DNA of 64,000 bases from Octopus vulgaris (taxonomy: Eukaryota). The notes beneath the pieces were generated by a model, which saw only the letters and a program-made list of their open reading frames with translations, was not told the DNA's origin and did no database searches. The DNA is taken from assembly GCA_951406725.2 (NCBI GenBank), contig OX597828.1, positions 3,162,001 to 3,226,000 on the forward strand, written 5' to 3'. Both the position numbers and the translations under genes were made by a program. The first letter of the stretch is position 1. Each line of letters starts with the position of its first letter. Of the stretch, positions 12,983-25,834 are shown one piece after another.

Positions 12983-13997
12983 ATGTATATGTTTGTGTGT
13001 CTGCGTTTGTCCACCCCCCCAACATCGCTTGACAACCGATGCTGGTGTGTTTACGTCCCCGTCACTTAGCGGTTCGGCAAGTAAGACCGACAGAATAAGT
13101 ACTAGGCTTCCAAAGAATAAGTCCTGGGGTCAATTTGCTCGACTAAAGGCTGTGCTCTAGCACAGTTTAAGGAAAGCCGCTCTGTAGATCGTGAGCTTTC
13201 TGCTCCAATAACCGACATTCAGGTCTCTCGTAGGGGATTTCCCCGCTTGGCTGTTGATATAAGTTTTGAGAGAGAAGTGTGCTCAATACTAACTTTATCG
13301 CTTATTGAACCATATTGCATCATAGATGTGTTTTTCGTTTACATTCCATATCCACCCTGCACCTAAATATTTCCAGAGGGTTTGAAACCTCATCTTATTT
13401 AAGTACTAGGGTCGATGTAATCGACTTATACCCTTCCCCGAAACTGCTGGTCTTGTACCAAAATTTGAAATCAATATTTATCTATCGGGAGAGAGGTAAT
13501 CGATTTTGTTTGTTTTCTCTCATTACGATCAATCTCTGTTACTTCTATGTATCAGAGAAGATTAATCGCAGCACAGTATACTAGAACTTTCAATGACTCA
13601 ATGTTGGAATTTTCGAGCTTTGATAATTGTTCCTTATGTATTTTGTTGAAATTTTGTTAACTGTATTTTCAGTTGTTTATATTCTGCACTCATTACTACT
13701 ATTTGTTTATAATCAGTTACCTCTCATTTGTGTAATGGCAGTATGTTCATTTTTATTATTCCATCTGTCGCAGTCCGTATTGTTTACAATCTTCACCGGA
13801 GAAGAAATCAGTAAACATAACAGAATATAACCAATTATTATTTTTTTAGCAGACTTCAATCAATGGAAAAAATTCTAGAGGATAGCATTCATTAAGATTA
13901 TATATATTTTTGATGACGTAACTGAATTCAAAGGCATATGTATATATGTATATTATATATACATGTATGCATCTCTACTTGTGTATGCGTGTGTGTG

Positions 13998-14029
<32 letters not shown>

Positions 14030-14117
14030 TGTATGTATGTATGTATGTATGTATGTATGCATGTATGTATATATATATATATATGATTTATTTAAAAGCA
14101 GCAGAAATTTAACAAAG

Positions 14118-14155
14118 CTGTTACTCGGAGTTTCACGTACCCGTTCGTCGGACAG
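14118..14155 (-). ncRNA. Type-I hammerhead ribozyme (U4C core variant)
   Basis: Minus strand: ctgt-CCGACGA-ACG(ggta)CGT-GAA-ACT(ccg)AGT-A|acag; all three stems close. Confidence 0.7.
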
Positions 14156-14215
14156 TTTTAACAAAACTGTCCGACGACGGGTACGTGAAACTCTGAGTAA
14201 CAGCTTTTGTTAAAT
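14156..14215 (+). ncRNA. Type-I hammerhead ribozyme (U4C core variant, 1-nt deletion in stem II)
   Basis: tttaacaaaactgt-CCGACGA-cgggtacgt-GAAACTCTGAGTA|acagcttttgttaaa; long stem I with one bulge. Confidence 0.65.
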
Positions 14216-14305
14216 TTCTGCTGCTTTTAAATAAAGTATATTACTCTACCTCTTGTATTTGAATACTCTTTTTTCCACCTTGTTTCACATTTATGTGTTT
14301 ACTCC

Positions 14306-14345
<40 letters not shown>

Positions 14346-15583
14346 CATACATACATACATACATACATACATACATACATACATACATGTATACATACAT
14401 ACATACATATATATATACATACATACATACATACATACATACATACATACATACATACATACATACATACATACATACATGTATACATGCCTTGTAATGA
14501 GAAATAACTCAAGGAGGGAGGCTATTGATGTGGACAATTAAAGAGGAATGCCTTGAATGTTGTATAAAATAATTTCTTAATTTCTCGAAGTCTTTGCTTC
14601 TCGTTGAACAGAGAAAATAAAAACCAAGCTTCAACTATATGATAGTAAGCATTTACATGTAGATAGATAGATAAACAGACAGACAGGCAGACAGATAAAT
14701 AGATAGATAGATAGATAGATAGATAGACACGCACACACACACATATGCATATATGTATACACACACATGCATATATGTATACACACACATACATGTGTAC
14801 ACACACGTATGCATACACACTCGAACGCGCGCGCACACACACACACACATGCACATACACACACATACACACACACGATCGTGCACACACATATATCAAG
14901 CTGTCTAGCTAGATAAATTTCATATATATAATATTATTATATAGTGTATATATATTATATATGTGAGGAATGGTTCTTATTGGTACACCTTGCACAGCGT
15001 GAGGTTCTGACACAAATATTAAGCATTAATGAACACAACACCCTTAGTTTTTTAATGTCATATTATTATACCTTCAAACCGAATTCAATCAGGTTATAGC
15101 TACGAGAATGCACGTGCATAATTACGATGCAATTAACGATTTTCTAGTGGATTTATACTTACATCTTACAGAGCACAAATATGCGTATTACTTCGGTTAC
15201 CTTTCGGTCGTTAGTTTCGTTAAGTTCCAGTTATCCTGCTATCCATTGATATCATGTGCTATATCACGATACGATTAGCTGTGGGCAGTGCACCACTATC
15301 ACAGAGCAGCTGCAACAATATTGCATCGATGAAGACAGAAGAATTAGCTTTGCTTTATGTTCTGCGATTTTATTTTTGAGCGAGCACATCCCTGAATACA
15401 CACACGAACGTAAATAGAGTCTGAGAGAAAGCAGATTCATTCGTGCTGTTGCATGCATGGACTGTGTGTGCAGTGGTATATATGCGCTGAATATGCAATA
15501 CACACTCACATAAGCTAGCACGCACACACATATACGCATATACATACATACATACATACATACATACATACATACACACACAC

Positions 15584-15625
<42 letters not shown>

Positions 15626-15631
15626 ACACAT

Positions 15632-16586
<955 letters not shown>

Positions 16587-17290
16587 CAATCAAGCCTTAT
16601 GCATAGCACTCACAGAAACGCATCTGAAACCGGACATAGCAGATGCGGAATTACACATACCACAGTATGTTGTGCTACGGACCGACAGGAAAGAAAGGAG
16701 TCATGGAGGAGTTGCTATGTACATCCGTGGGGACCTCACACCCCAGGTCCTTTTGTCATACTCAAACTCGGTGTGTGACACACTAATTGTACACATAAGG
16801 CAACTTGATGTAGTTGTGTGTGCTACATATCGCCCTCCAGATGCCCCAAGTCATATGGGCAAGTTCGAGGACTGCCTTTTAAAAATAGAAGAAGTTCTAA
16901 CCACATTAGAACAACACATAAGTGTACTTCTCATGGGAGACTTCAATCTACCGAATGTCAGATGGCCCGAGGGCCTTTCTCTCCCAGGAATGACAAGATG
17001 TGAACGTGGACAGGCGAGGTCCCTCCTGAACCTCACCAACACCCTGTACATGGAGCAAGTAATACTGCAACCAACCAGAGCAGGTAACACACTGGATCTC
17101 TGCTTCACAAATAATATGGATCTCATCCATAATGTGAAAGTGACACCGACACTACTCTCGGATCACAACATGGTAGAGCTGACCATGTACGGGCCAAAAG
17201 AGAGCACGGACATGCAGCCTACAAGAAACCCTCAGAATCTTTCCAGCTTGAACTTCAATAAGGCAAACTGGAAACAAATTGAAAAGAGAT
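16587..17290 (+). CDS. AP-endonuclease portion of LINE ORF2 (N-terminus missing; frameshift ~17285 joins it to the RT frame)
   Basis: Non-repetitive half of ORF 16426-17340; adding one base in gaaaagag restores [22 protein letters not shown]. Confidence 0.85.
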
Positions 17291-17336
17291 CCTCAAACAA
17301 AACTGGCCTGAATGTCTCTCCTCGCCGGACATCGAC

Positions 17337-19466
17337 ATGATACTTCAACAATTCATGTCTGTAATGCAAGCCATATGCTACAAATGTGTCCCAGAGAGAA
17401 AGGCCACTGTACACAAGAACAAAATCCCCAGAGAGAGGAAAATTTTAATGAGACGGCGTACAAAAATTTCAAATCGCCTAAACAAACAAATTGAAAGTAG
17501 TGAAAAGTCCCGCCTGAAAATAAAACTGTTGGAAATTGAAAATTGTCTGCAACTTTCCCATGAGAAGGAAAGAGCAGACAAAGAAGCCTGGGCTATAGAC
17601 AACATAAAAACTAACCCCAGAGCTTTCTACAGGTATGCCAAAGAAACGGCTACAGTGCACTGTAGGATAGGGCCACTCCTTGAAAAGGATGGCACACTCA
17701 CAGGAAAACCAATGAGGGTAAGTGAAATACTGAATGAACAATTCAAGAGTGTTTTCACTCCACCCCTTGGGCATTTCCAAATCAGCAATCCAACTGACTT
17801 CTTTACCACTGCAGATATAGAATCAGAGGCGGCGACGATAAGTTACATCGAGATAAAGGAAGACGATGTAATAAAGGCTATAGATGAAATGAAAATAGAC
17901 TCAGCTACTGGCCCCGATGGATTCCCGGCAATCCTCCTAAAAGTATGTAAGAGAGTCTTAGCAAGACCACTGCAGTCCCTCTTTCAGAGCTTCCTTGCAG
18001 CTGGCAAACTTCCAAGGGGACTGAAGGAAGGTAAAATATGCCCTATTCATAAAGGAGGTAGCAGAGCGGAGGCAAAGAACTACAGACCTATCTCTCTGAC
18101 CTCACACATCAGCAAGGTCATGGAACGAATAGTCAGAAGGAAACTAATCACCTTCCTTGAAGAAAATGACTTGCTGCCTGACACCCAACATGGTTTCCGA
18201 CCAGGAAGAAGCTGCTTAACTCAGCTCCTGCAGCACTATGACTGGGTGCTGAAACAACTGCTCAACCACTCAAATGTGGAAGTCATATATCTCGACTTCG
18301 CAAAGGCCTTCGATAAAGTCGATCACGGAATGATATGTCACAGGCTGCGTGATCTTGGCATAGTTGGAAAACTAGGAGAATGGCTTCACGACTTTCTGAA
18401 GAATAGAAGTCAGGTGGTAGTAGCCAATGGGGCCACTTCCATTAACACGCAAATAATGAGTGGTGTTCCACAGGGCACTGTTTTGGGGCCACTACTGTTC
18501 ATAATGGCCCTCTCAGACATGCCCTCAGCCACGCAGAGATCCACGATCACAAGTTATGCAGATGATACAAAAGTTTCACAGGCAATACAGAACCCTGAGG
18601 ACACTAGAAACCTGCAATGTGAGCTGGACGAAATATACAAGTGGGCTGAAAAGAATAGCATGCAGTTCAATGCTGGAAAGTTTCAAGCTTTATACTATCA
18701 GCATGCAAAACTGAATGCAATACCCAATGAATACACTGGACCCGGAGGGATTGCAATCCCAGAGGCACAATCAGTGCGTGACCTGGGTATTCACATGAGT
18801 GATGACGCGACCTTTCATGTACATGTTGCTAAACTGACAGTGAAATGTAGACGGCTGGCTGGCTGGATTCTTAGAACCTTTAGAACAAGAGAACAAGAAA
18901 CCATGATGGTCCTCTGGAAGACACTTGTCCTAAGCCACTTTGACTATTGCTCTCAGCTATGGTCACCATCCAGTGTCAAGTTGATCACAGAACTTGAGGC
19001 GATCCAACGAAGCTACACAAAGAAGATAGCCTCTATGCAGAATGTAAGCTACTGGGAAAGACTCAAGAGATTAAAATTATACTCCCTGGAGCGTAGGCGG
19101 GAAAGATATGCCATAATATACATCTGGAAGATCCTGGAGGGAAGTGTCCTGAACTTTGGCATCGAGAGTTACACAAATGCCAGAACTGGGCGCCACTGCG
19201 TGGTGCCTAGGACTCCAAACCTGCCATCAAGATGTAGGACAAGATTCTGTGATAGCCTGGGCTTCCGAGGCCCACAGCTCTTCAATATCCTCCCGAAGAA
19301 CCTGAGAGACCTGCATGGGGTGGATACAGATGTCTTTAAAATGAAGCTGGATCTCTTCCTGTCAGGTGTCCCAGATGAACCAACTTCACGGCAGGAGGGG
19401 CAGATGAGGGCAGCTGCATCGAACTCTCTCATGCACCAAATAGCAGTTGCTAGAAAGCCTCCATGA
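17337..19466 (+). CDS. Reverse transcriptase and C-terminal portion of LINE ORF2
   Basis: 709-aa uninterrupted frame with all non-LTR RT motifs ([22 protein letters not shown]). Confidence 0.95.
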   Translation: MILQQFMSVMQAICYKCVPERKATVHKNKIPRERKILMRRRTKISNRLNKQIESSEKSRLKIKLLEIENCLQLSHEKERADKEAWAIDNIKTNPRAFYRYAKETATVHCRIGPLLEKDGTLTGKPMRVSEILNEQFKSVFTPPLGHFQISNPTDFFTTADIESEAATISYIEIKEDDVIKAIDEMKIDSATGPDGFPAILLKVCKRVLARPLQSLFQSFLAAGKLPRGLKEGKICPIHKGGSRAEAKNYRPISLTSHISKVMERIVRRKLITFLEENDLLPDTQHGFRPGRSCLTQLLQHYDWVLKQLLNHSNVEVIYLDFAKAFDKVDHGMICHRLRDLGIVGKLGEWLHDFLKNRSQVVVANGATSINTQIMSGVPQGTVLGPLLFIMALSDMPSATQRSTITSYADDTKVSQAIQNPEDTRNLQCELDEIYKWAEKNSMQFNAGKFQALYYQHAKLNAIPNEYTGPGGIAIPEAQSVRDLGIHMSDDATFHVHVAKLTVKCRRLAGWILRTFRTREQETMMVLWKTLVLSHFDYCSQLWSPSSVKLITELEAIQRSYTKKIASMQNVSYWERLKRLKLYSLERRRERYAIIYIWKILEGSVLNFGIESYTNARTGRHCVVPRTPNLPSRCRTRFCDSLGFRGPQLFNILPKNLRDLHGVDTDVFKMKLDLFLSGVPDEPTSRQEGQMRAAASNSLMHQIAVARKPP

Positions 19467-19558
19467 AGTGAAACCAAGTAGCAACACCAAATGGCGGTGC
19501 CCCAGCATGGCCACAGCTCATAGGCTGGAACTGGAATCAATCAATCAATCAATCAATC

Positions 19559-19703
19559 ATATATATATATATATATGTATGTATATATATGTAGGTATGT
19601 ATACATATATATATATATATATATGTATGTATATATATTTGTAAGTATACGTTTATATATGCATCTATATATATGTATATATATATATGCATTCATATAT
19701 ATG

Positions 19704-19755
<52 letters not shown>

Positions 19756-19776
19756 ATATATGTATATATATGTATA

Positions 19777-19821
<45 letters not shown>

Positions 19822-19991
19822 TTGTATGTATATATGTATATGTATATATATGTATATATATATGTATATGCATGTATATATATATATATATATATGTATG
19901 TATATATGAATATATATGTATATATATATGTATATATATGTATATATATGTATATATATATGTATATATATGTATATATATGCATATATAT

Positions 19992-20042
<51 letters not shown>

Positions 20043-20060
20043 CACACATACGTGCATACA
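19559..20060. repeat. Complex (TA)n/(TATG)n microsatellite
   Basis: Directly visible; first ~150 bp duplicates 16330-16475. Confidence 0.95.
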
Positions 20061-20094
20061 TACATATATTTACTCACACACACGCGCACACATA

Positions 20095-20437
20095 TGTGCG
20101 GCACTCTGTTAGTTACAATGATGAGTGTTCCGTGTTCCGTGTTCCAGTTGATCCAATCAACGGAATAGCCTCCTCGTGAATTTAACTTGCAAGTGACGGA
20201 GCATCCCTCAGTCGCACACACCCTTAACCTAGTTCACTGTGAGATTCAGCTTGACACAGAATGTAACAAGCTTGGCCGTCTGCAATGCAGGTACCGCTTT
20301 ACCTTTTGCTTGCAGAGTAGACTGGAGCAACGGGAAACAAAATGTGTTGCTCAAGAACATAAAGCCTTAACGGGAATTTAACTGAAGACCATAGGACTAT
20401 GAACCGAATATCCTAACCACTTAGCCACGTGCCTACA
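20095..20437 (-). mobile_element. tRNA-derived SINE
   Basis: Minus strand: gcacgtggctaagtggttagg (A box)...cagttaaattccc (B box)...ttcttgagcaacacatttt...ttgctccagtctactc. Confidence 0.7.
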
Positions 20438-20495
<58 letters not shown>

Positions 20496-21219
20496 TTCTG
20501 TGTGTGTTGCGTTCCATTACTTAATAAATGAAAAAGAAAAAATGTTTGGTAAATAAACATATATAACATACATAACACAACGTATAGTGAGTGTGAAACG
20601 GGACGGGAGATAAAACATAGAAGGTCCCTAGCAAAGCAAATTGAAATTAGGGTTTTAGTGGGAGGTAACTAGCATAGTATTATCTTCTTAGTTACGTCCC
20701 TTGTTAAGTTTGCCTTTCCTTAAATTAAAGATGCTGGGTCTACTAAATTTTAATTTATTTTTACTAGTTTGTTGGTAAATATATATCAGCAGGGATATTT
20801 GATGTAATCGCTTATTACTTGTTTTATCGTTCTTGTTCTGGTCAGGAACATATATGTTGACTAGAGAGATTCGATCTTGTATACAGTACAATTCGCCTAA
20901 TGTACTTGAGGCAATATTTTAGTTGTAACGAAACCTGAGAAGGAGGTCATGAACATTAAAAGATACAGAATAAAGCACTTCATTCGTTCACACCATCAGT
21001 GTTAGCTTTTGTTTCACCTCAACGCGTCCTCCTATTTATAACTATGGCAATCTGTCTTAGAAAATAAATTATTTGAAGAAATTACTCAGCGTCGCTATCC
21101 GGTTGAAAACAAATAGTGTTTCTATATTTAATATAAAGAGCATCCAATACATAATTCGTAATAAGTATGCGCTGAGAAACTACAATATTTGTGAATGGCT
21201 AATAGTTTATATAACTATA

Positions 21220-21645
21220 AGGCGGCGAGCTCGGAAAATCGTTAGCACGCCGGTCAAATTGCTTGGCGGCATTTCGTCCGTCTTTACATTTCGAGTACAA
21301 ATTCCGCAAAGGTTGACTTTGCCTTTCATCCTTTCCGGGTCGATGAAATATGTAACAGTTGAACAATGCTGGCCTTGGGCCCAAATTTGAAATCAATACT
21401 TTATATAATTATTCCTGCAAGTATTATTAGACTTCCCGAAGAAGATGAGCTGGGCAGAAGTGTTAGCACACCAGACAAAATGCTTGGCGGCATTCGTCCG
21501 TTTTTAGGTTCTGAATTGAAATTTTACCGAAATTTTATCCATTCGGGGTCGATAAAATAATCTCTCTAGTACTGGGATCAATGTTATCGACTTACCCCTC
21601 CCCTAAAAAACTGCTGGCCCTGTGTCAAAATTCGAAACCATTATT
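21220..21645 (+). mobile_element. Two tandem Nin/Deu-domain-like SINEs
   Basis: aggcggcgagctcggaaaatcgttagcacgcc...actttgcctttcatcctttccgggtcgat; second copy starts ~21445. Confidence 0.85.
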
Positions 21646-22019
21646 AAACCTCCTCAACAATGTGTAGATTTCGACTCATTTTCCGAAGTAGTGGCAAGAG
21701 AATTACTATGTACATGTAAAGCGTTGTATACGAGTAAAAAGTTTATTGGACTTATGTAATCTGTATCTCTATTTATTTGTCACACTCTAGTGCTGTTTAT
21801 ATATATATCTATATTCCTCGTACCTTGGTCCCTTTGTTTCTCTCTTTAAGTCTATCTATAAGTGTTTGAGTGTCTTAAATATCACAAAAAAAAAACCCAG
21901 CGGATACATGAATATAAATACACACATACATACATATAAACATACATACTCTCTCTCTCTCACACACACACAGACACGCGCACACACACACACACATGCA
22001 TACGTGGATACTAAAGTCA

Positions 22020-22700
22020 TACCTTGCCAAAATTCCAGCTGCTATACTCGATACCGTAAACACTGACGACAACATAGTCCATAGAACTATCGAAAAGAAC
22101 TTTATTACAACAGTCGCTAAAAGAATTAGGTTATCAGCAGGAATATTTTGGGGTAACTGCTCATCTATAAGGGTTTTCGTCCTAGTAGGGAATCCATTGT
22201 CAGTCCCTAATAAGGGGTTTATCATAGAATTTACAAAGGAGAGAAAAATAGTGTCGTTCATACATTTTATATGACCTTAATGAGAATTCAAGTAATATTG
22301 ATTGTAGATTCTCTTAGATCTGTGATAAATACACTGCATCTCACTGAGAAGTCTATACCTTTACTCTCCGGGAATAGGAGATAGATACTAAATGTCTTGC
22401 CCTTATTAAGAGAGATAAGGATACTTCTAACTATCACCGATGTGAGAGAAAATGTCGATTGCGACGTATCGTTGTGGAAAAGACCATTCTTTTCGCCAGC
22501 AATACCAATCTTTTCGTTAAAACCATCTACAATGCTACTCGTAGGCGGGATTCTCTTGCTGGCCATACCCAAAGCACGCCAGAACCAGAATATACCCACA
22601 CCTTCAAAACTAAAGGATTCTGGAGGAACATTGCAATCAAAATAGTGATCTTGTGGAAGTAAAGCTGGCCAAATATAGTTACATGGGACAAAGAGCAAAA
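22020..22700 (-). pseudogene. Possible very decayed L1/Tx1 ORF2 fragment
   Basis: Ordered weak motifs GEKNGLFH, VRSILISLNKGK, LIDEQ, ADNLILL resemble GEKNTKFFH, SLNKGKSPG, EQ.GF, DNI.LL. Confidence 0.3.
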
Positions 22701-23407
22701 GCCATGCACGATTGTAAAAATCAGCTGTCCAGCGTATGTGAACATCTCATAAAAAATTTAAGAAATATATAACCCCACAGATCTTAAATCCAGACTGTAA
22801 ATTTAAATCAGAATTTCCAGGGTTCACTTGGTTAGATAACAATAGATCTGCATAAAACTATAGAAATGCAGGATTCTCCAAAAGAAAAAAAAAACACTAC
22901 TAAAAAAAAGCAAAGGAAAAAGAAGAGAGCAAACTGAGTCGTTTTTTCAAAAAGCAATCTTCTAGAGGTAAGATATTCTAGGGATTTTCCCGGCACAAAA
23001 TCAAATATACCAACGAAACATACACACACACGTACACAGAAACAGTAATGAAGTACACACACTTGTGCACTAAAATAGCAATCGCATTACATGAGTGCAA
23101 GTTTATCTGCGAGCACACACGTATCCACAAACATATGCACACACCGACCAATTCAGAAAATTACAAATCCCAGTCGCCTTGCTACTATCTATCTATCTAT
23201 CTATCTATTTACTGGATGGGCGTTCACTCTCAAGAGTTCCCATTGCTGCCGTCGACATCCAGGACGACCATACATACATACATACATACATACATACATA
23301 CATACATACATACATACATACATACATACATGCAGTACCAGGAAATGGCTTTCATGGCTTCTGATCTTAACTGATTGGAAGTGTTATGTACATCTATCTA
23401 TCTATCT

Positions 23408-24020
23408 AAATCAAAAACAAACATAACAGAAGATGACATAAAAACAAACAATCACCCATACACAACACCAGCGGATCACATCAAAATACTACATATTTCC
23501 AGAAATCTGCACCACACACTAAAAGGCATTTTCCCCAGTGCGGTTGGTAAATGCCAAAAATACCTCACGAAGAAACTTTACTGGGATCTCCTCGAGGACA
23601 AACCAAAGGAGGAGAAAGCAAAAACTTTCGAGCAGTAAGTAACCCTCTGTTCCTTTCGCTTGTATTTTAATTCACTAGGATTATGATCAAGATTGGTTGT
23701 GTAAATGCGCGTGGCTTGGGGTCCCCTTATAAACAAGGGTACCTCTTAAATGACATAAAGTCACACAAGTTAGAAATCATAGCCATAAGTGAGACCAGAC
23801 TCCACAATCTGCGGGCCCTAAAGACCATGTTTGGCGGACAGTTCAACATTTATTTTTTCCCCCTGTCTGCCAAGAATGGGCGGCAGTGGCTCCGCGGTAC
23901 TTTTTCGCAAGAGTCTGGATCTCAAAGTAAAGACAATATTCGTAGACCCAGAGGGAAGACTATTTTTCCTGGATGTCGACGGCAGCAATGGGTGCGCTTT
24001 TCGACTCGTATCAGTCTACG
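23408..24020 (+). mobile_element. Tx1/L1 fragment: ORF1 end plus start of ORF2 AP endonuclease
   Basis: MIKIGCVNARGLGSPYKQGYLLNDIK...IAISETR; ORF1 end FPSAVGKCQ matches CPNAVGKLQ at ~48390 (-). Confidence 0.85.
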
Positions 24021-24024
24021 AGTT

Positions 24025-24347
24025 TCCCATCCCACTCAAAAGGTCCTTGAATAAGGGTTATTTAAGGATGTTGAACGAAACACCCATGTTTCCCAAAGTG
24101 AATTATTCAAACCCCAAAGAATTCCTCTCAACACATGGCTACTTCTGCTCGTGATCAGAGATGCATCTGTCGTCATCCAATACGGGACATGCTCAACTGG
24201 TTAAGGTCAAACAACTGACAAGCAAATATGTGGTATTGAGCAGAATATTTGATGTAGCCCATCTTTTATACCAAGACAAAACAATGTACATAACACTTCC
24301 AATCAGTTAAGATCAGAAGCCATGAAAGCCATTTCCTGGTACTGCAT
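24025..24347 (-). repeat. Unclassified interspersed repeat (partial); longer copy at 41460-42006
   Basis: High identity with 41665-42003 over ~320 bp. Confidence 0.9.
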
Positions 24348-24494
24348 GTATGTATGTATGTATGTATGTATGTATGTATGTATGTATGTATGTATGTATG
24401 TATGTATGTATGTATGTATGTATGTATGTATGGTCGTCCTGGATGTCGACGGCAGCAATGGGAACTCTTGAGAGTGAACGGCCATCCAGTAAAT

Positions 24495-24770
24495 GTCTTA
24501 AGGCTGTATCATGCGCGGGGACATAGAAATAATCGGACTGAATACCCGATCGCGCGGTTAAGCCATTGGGAGTGAATGACTCCTAGCCTTTGTTAGGGCA
24601 TCCTTCTAGGAGAAGGTAAGTCGGGTAACTGGGATAACTCCGACATAAAACCTGCGGCTCAGTGGTTACCGATGATGTTGACTTGTTCTTCTTTTCGGAT
24701 TATGGCTGCTGTTGCTTAATGAGTGGGATTGACTCAGTGCACAGCCTTTCCTCACTTAAAAAAAAATCTT
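24495..24770 (+). repeat. Probable RTE-5'UTR-related repeat
   Basis: ttagggcatccttctaggagaaggtaa resembles the GGCAACCAGTCTAGGAGAAGGAAAACTC motif of RTE 5' regions; short A tail. Confidence 0.4.
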
Positions 24771-25761
24771 CTTGCACAAGCATTGCACGATAACAACATT
24801 GATTAAGCTTCGGGCAATGGCCATACTCGATAACGAGGAGGCAGCCACCATGTATGTATGTATGTATGTATGTATGTATGTATGTATGTATGTATGTATG
24901 TATGTATGTATGTATGTATGTATGTATGTATGTATGTATGTATGCATGTGTGTGTAGATATATATGTATGTATGCGTATATATGTATGTATATATATATA
25001 CATATACACGCATATATATATATGTATATTTGTATTATGTATATATATATATTTATAAATAATATCTATATATATGTTTGTTATGTATGTTTGTATGTAT
25101 GTATTTGACTCTTGTGTGGTAAGTCACTGGTGATTATTGACAATGATCTTCAAGGAGATTGACCAATGTTCAAAAGTTGGACTTTAATAAATCACTGAAA
25201 TCCGAACTAGATTTATATTTTAAGAGTGAAATTGTTTTGAAATAGCTATTGAGCGAGTTTAAGGAGTTTACTAGGCCTTTTTTTCGGAGTCTTTAAAAAT
25301 TTTAAATGAAATAAAATTTATTTCCTTTGATAATCACTTTCATTTTTGTGAAAACGATTTATATCTGTAAGAATTCTTGAGCAAAATCTACACTCTACTT
25401 GATAATTCTGATATTCCCGATAATTCTTGTATAGAGTTCTTCGATTAATTGCTGTCAAGATCCTGACTGTGAATTTATTGCTCTTCCGATTAAATCCTTT
25501 TCAAAATGTAATTACATCATGAGAAACAGTTCACACCCGAGAAGGGAACAGTATTTCAGACTATGGCTGCAGAGAATGAATTCATTTCTGTTCTATATTT
25601 GAGAGATGAAGAATGATGTACATTATTTACGTCTTCATTTTGTTTGTTGTTAACAACGTTTCGGCTGATATACTCTCCAGCCTTCATCATTCCTAAAGCA
25701 TTATTATTGTTATTGTTATTACTGTTATTGTTGTCGTTATTATTATTATTATTATTATTAA

Positions 25762-25834
25762 GGTCACTGCCTGGAATCGAACTCAGAATCTTGGGGTTAG
25801 CAGCCCGCACTCTTAACCACTACACCATATGCCC
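25762..25834 (-). other. tRNA-like (Pol III A/B box) segment inside the PLE 3' region
   Basis: gggcataTGGTGTAGTGGttaagagtgcGGGctgctaaCCCcaagattctgaGTTCGATTccaggcagtgacc; imperfect stems, so not a functional tRNA. Confidence 0.75.

Larger units (their letters stand above)
10699..13160 (+). mobile_element. tRNA-derived SINE split by a 2-kb insertion (head 10699-10730, body 12761-13160)
   Basis: aggagtggctgtgtggtaagtagcttgcttac rejoins caaccacatggttccgggtt... exactly as in the intact copies at 50099 and 52795. Confidence 0.9.
14087..14310. mobile_element. Penelope-type pseudo-LTR remnant arranged as a 150-bp palindrome
   Basis: 14087-14235 is a near-perfect inverted repeat; each arm carries an HHR; flanked by (TA)n/(TATG)n. 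Confidence 0.7.
16587..19558 (+). mobile_element. Young, 5'-truncated CR1-group LINE (APE + RT) with (TCAA)n tail
   Basis: APE motifs LTETHL, GGVAMY, YRPP, GDFN, LDL, SDH; RT motifs [30 protein letters not shown]; short 3' UTR then (TCAA)n. Confidence 0.95.

Noticed and set aside
15323-15335. gcatcgatgaaga match to 5.8S rRNA
   Set aside because: 13 nt only; flanks do not continue the match
19553-20221. Long YI/HT/CV/LS-rich ORFs here and throughout the window
   Set aside because: Translations of microsatellites
25762-25834. Functional tRNA-Ser gene
   Set aside because: Acceptor, D and T stems are mispaired, and there is no long variable arm or terminator
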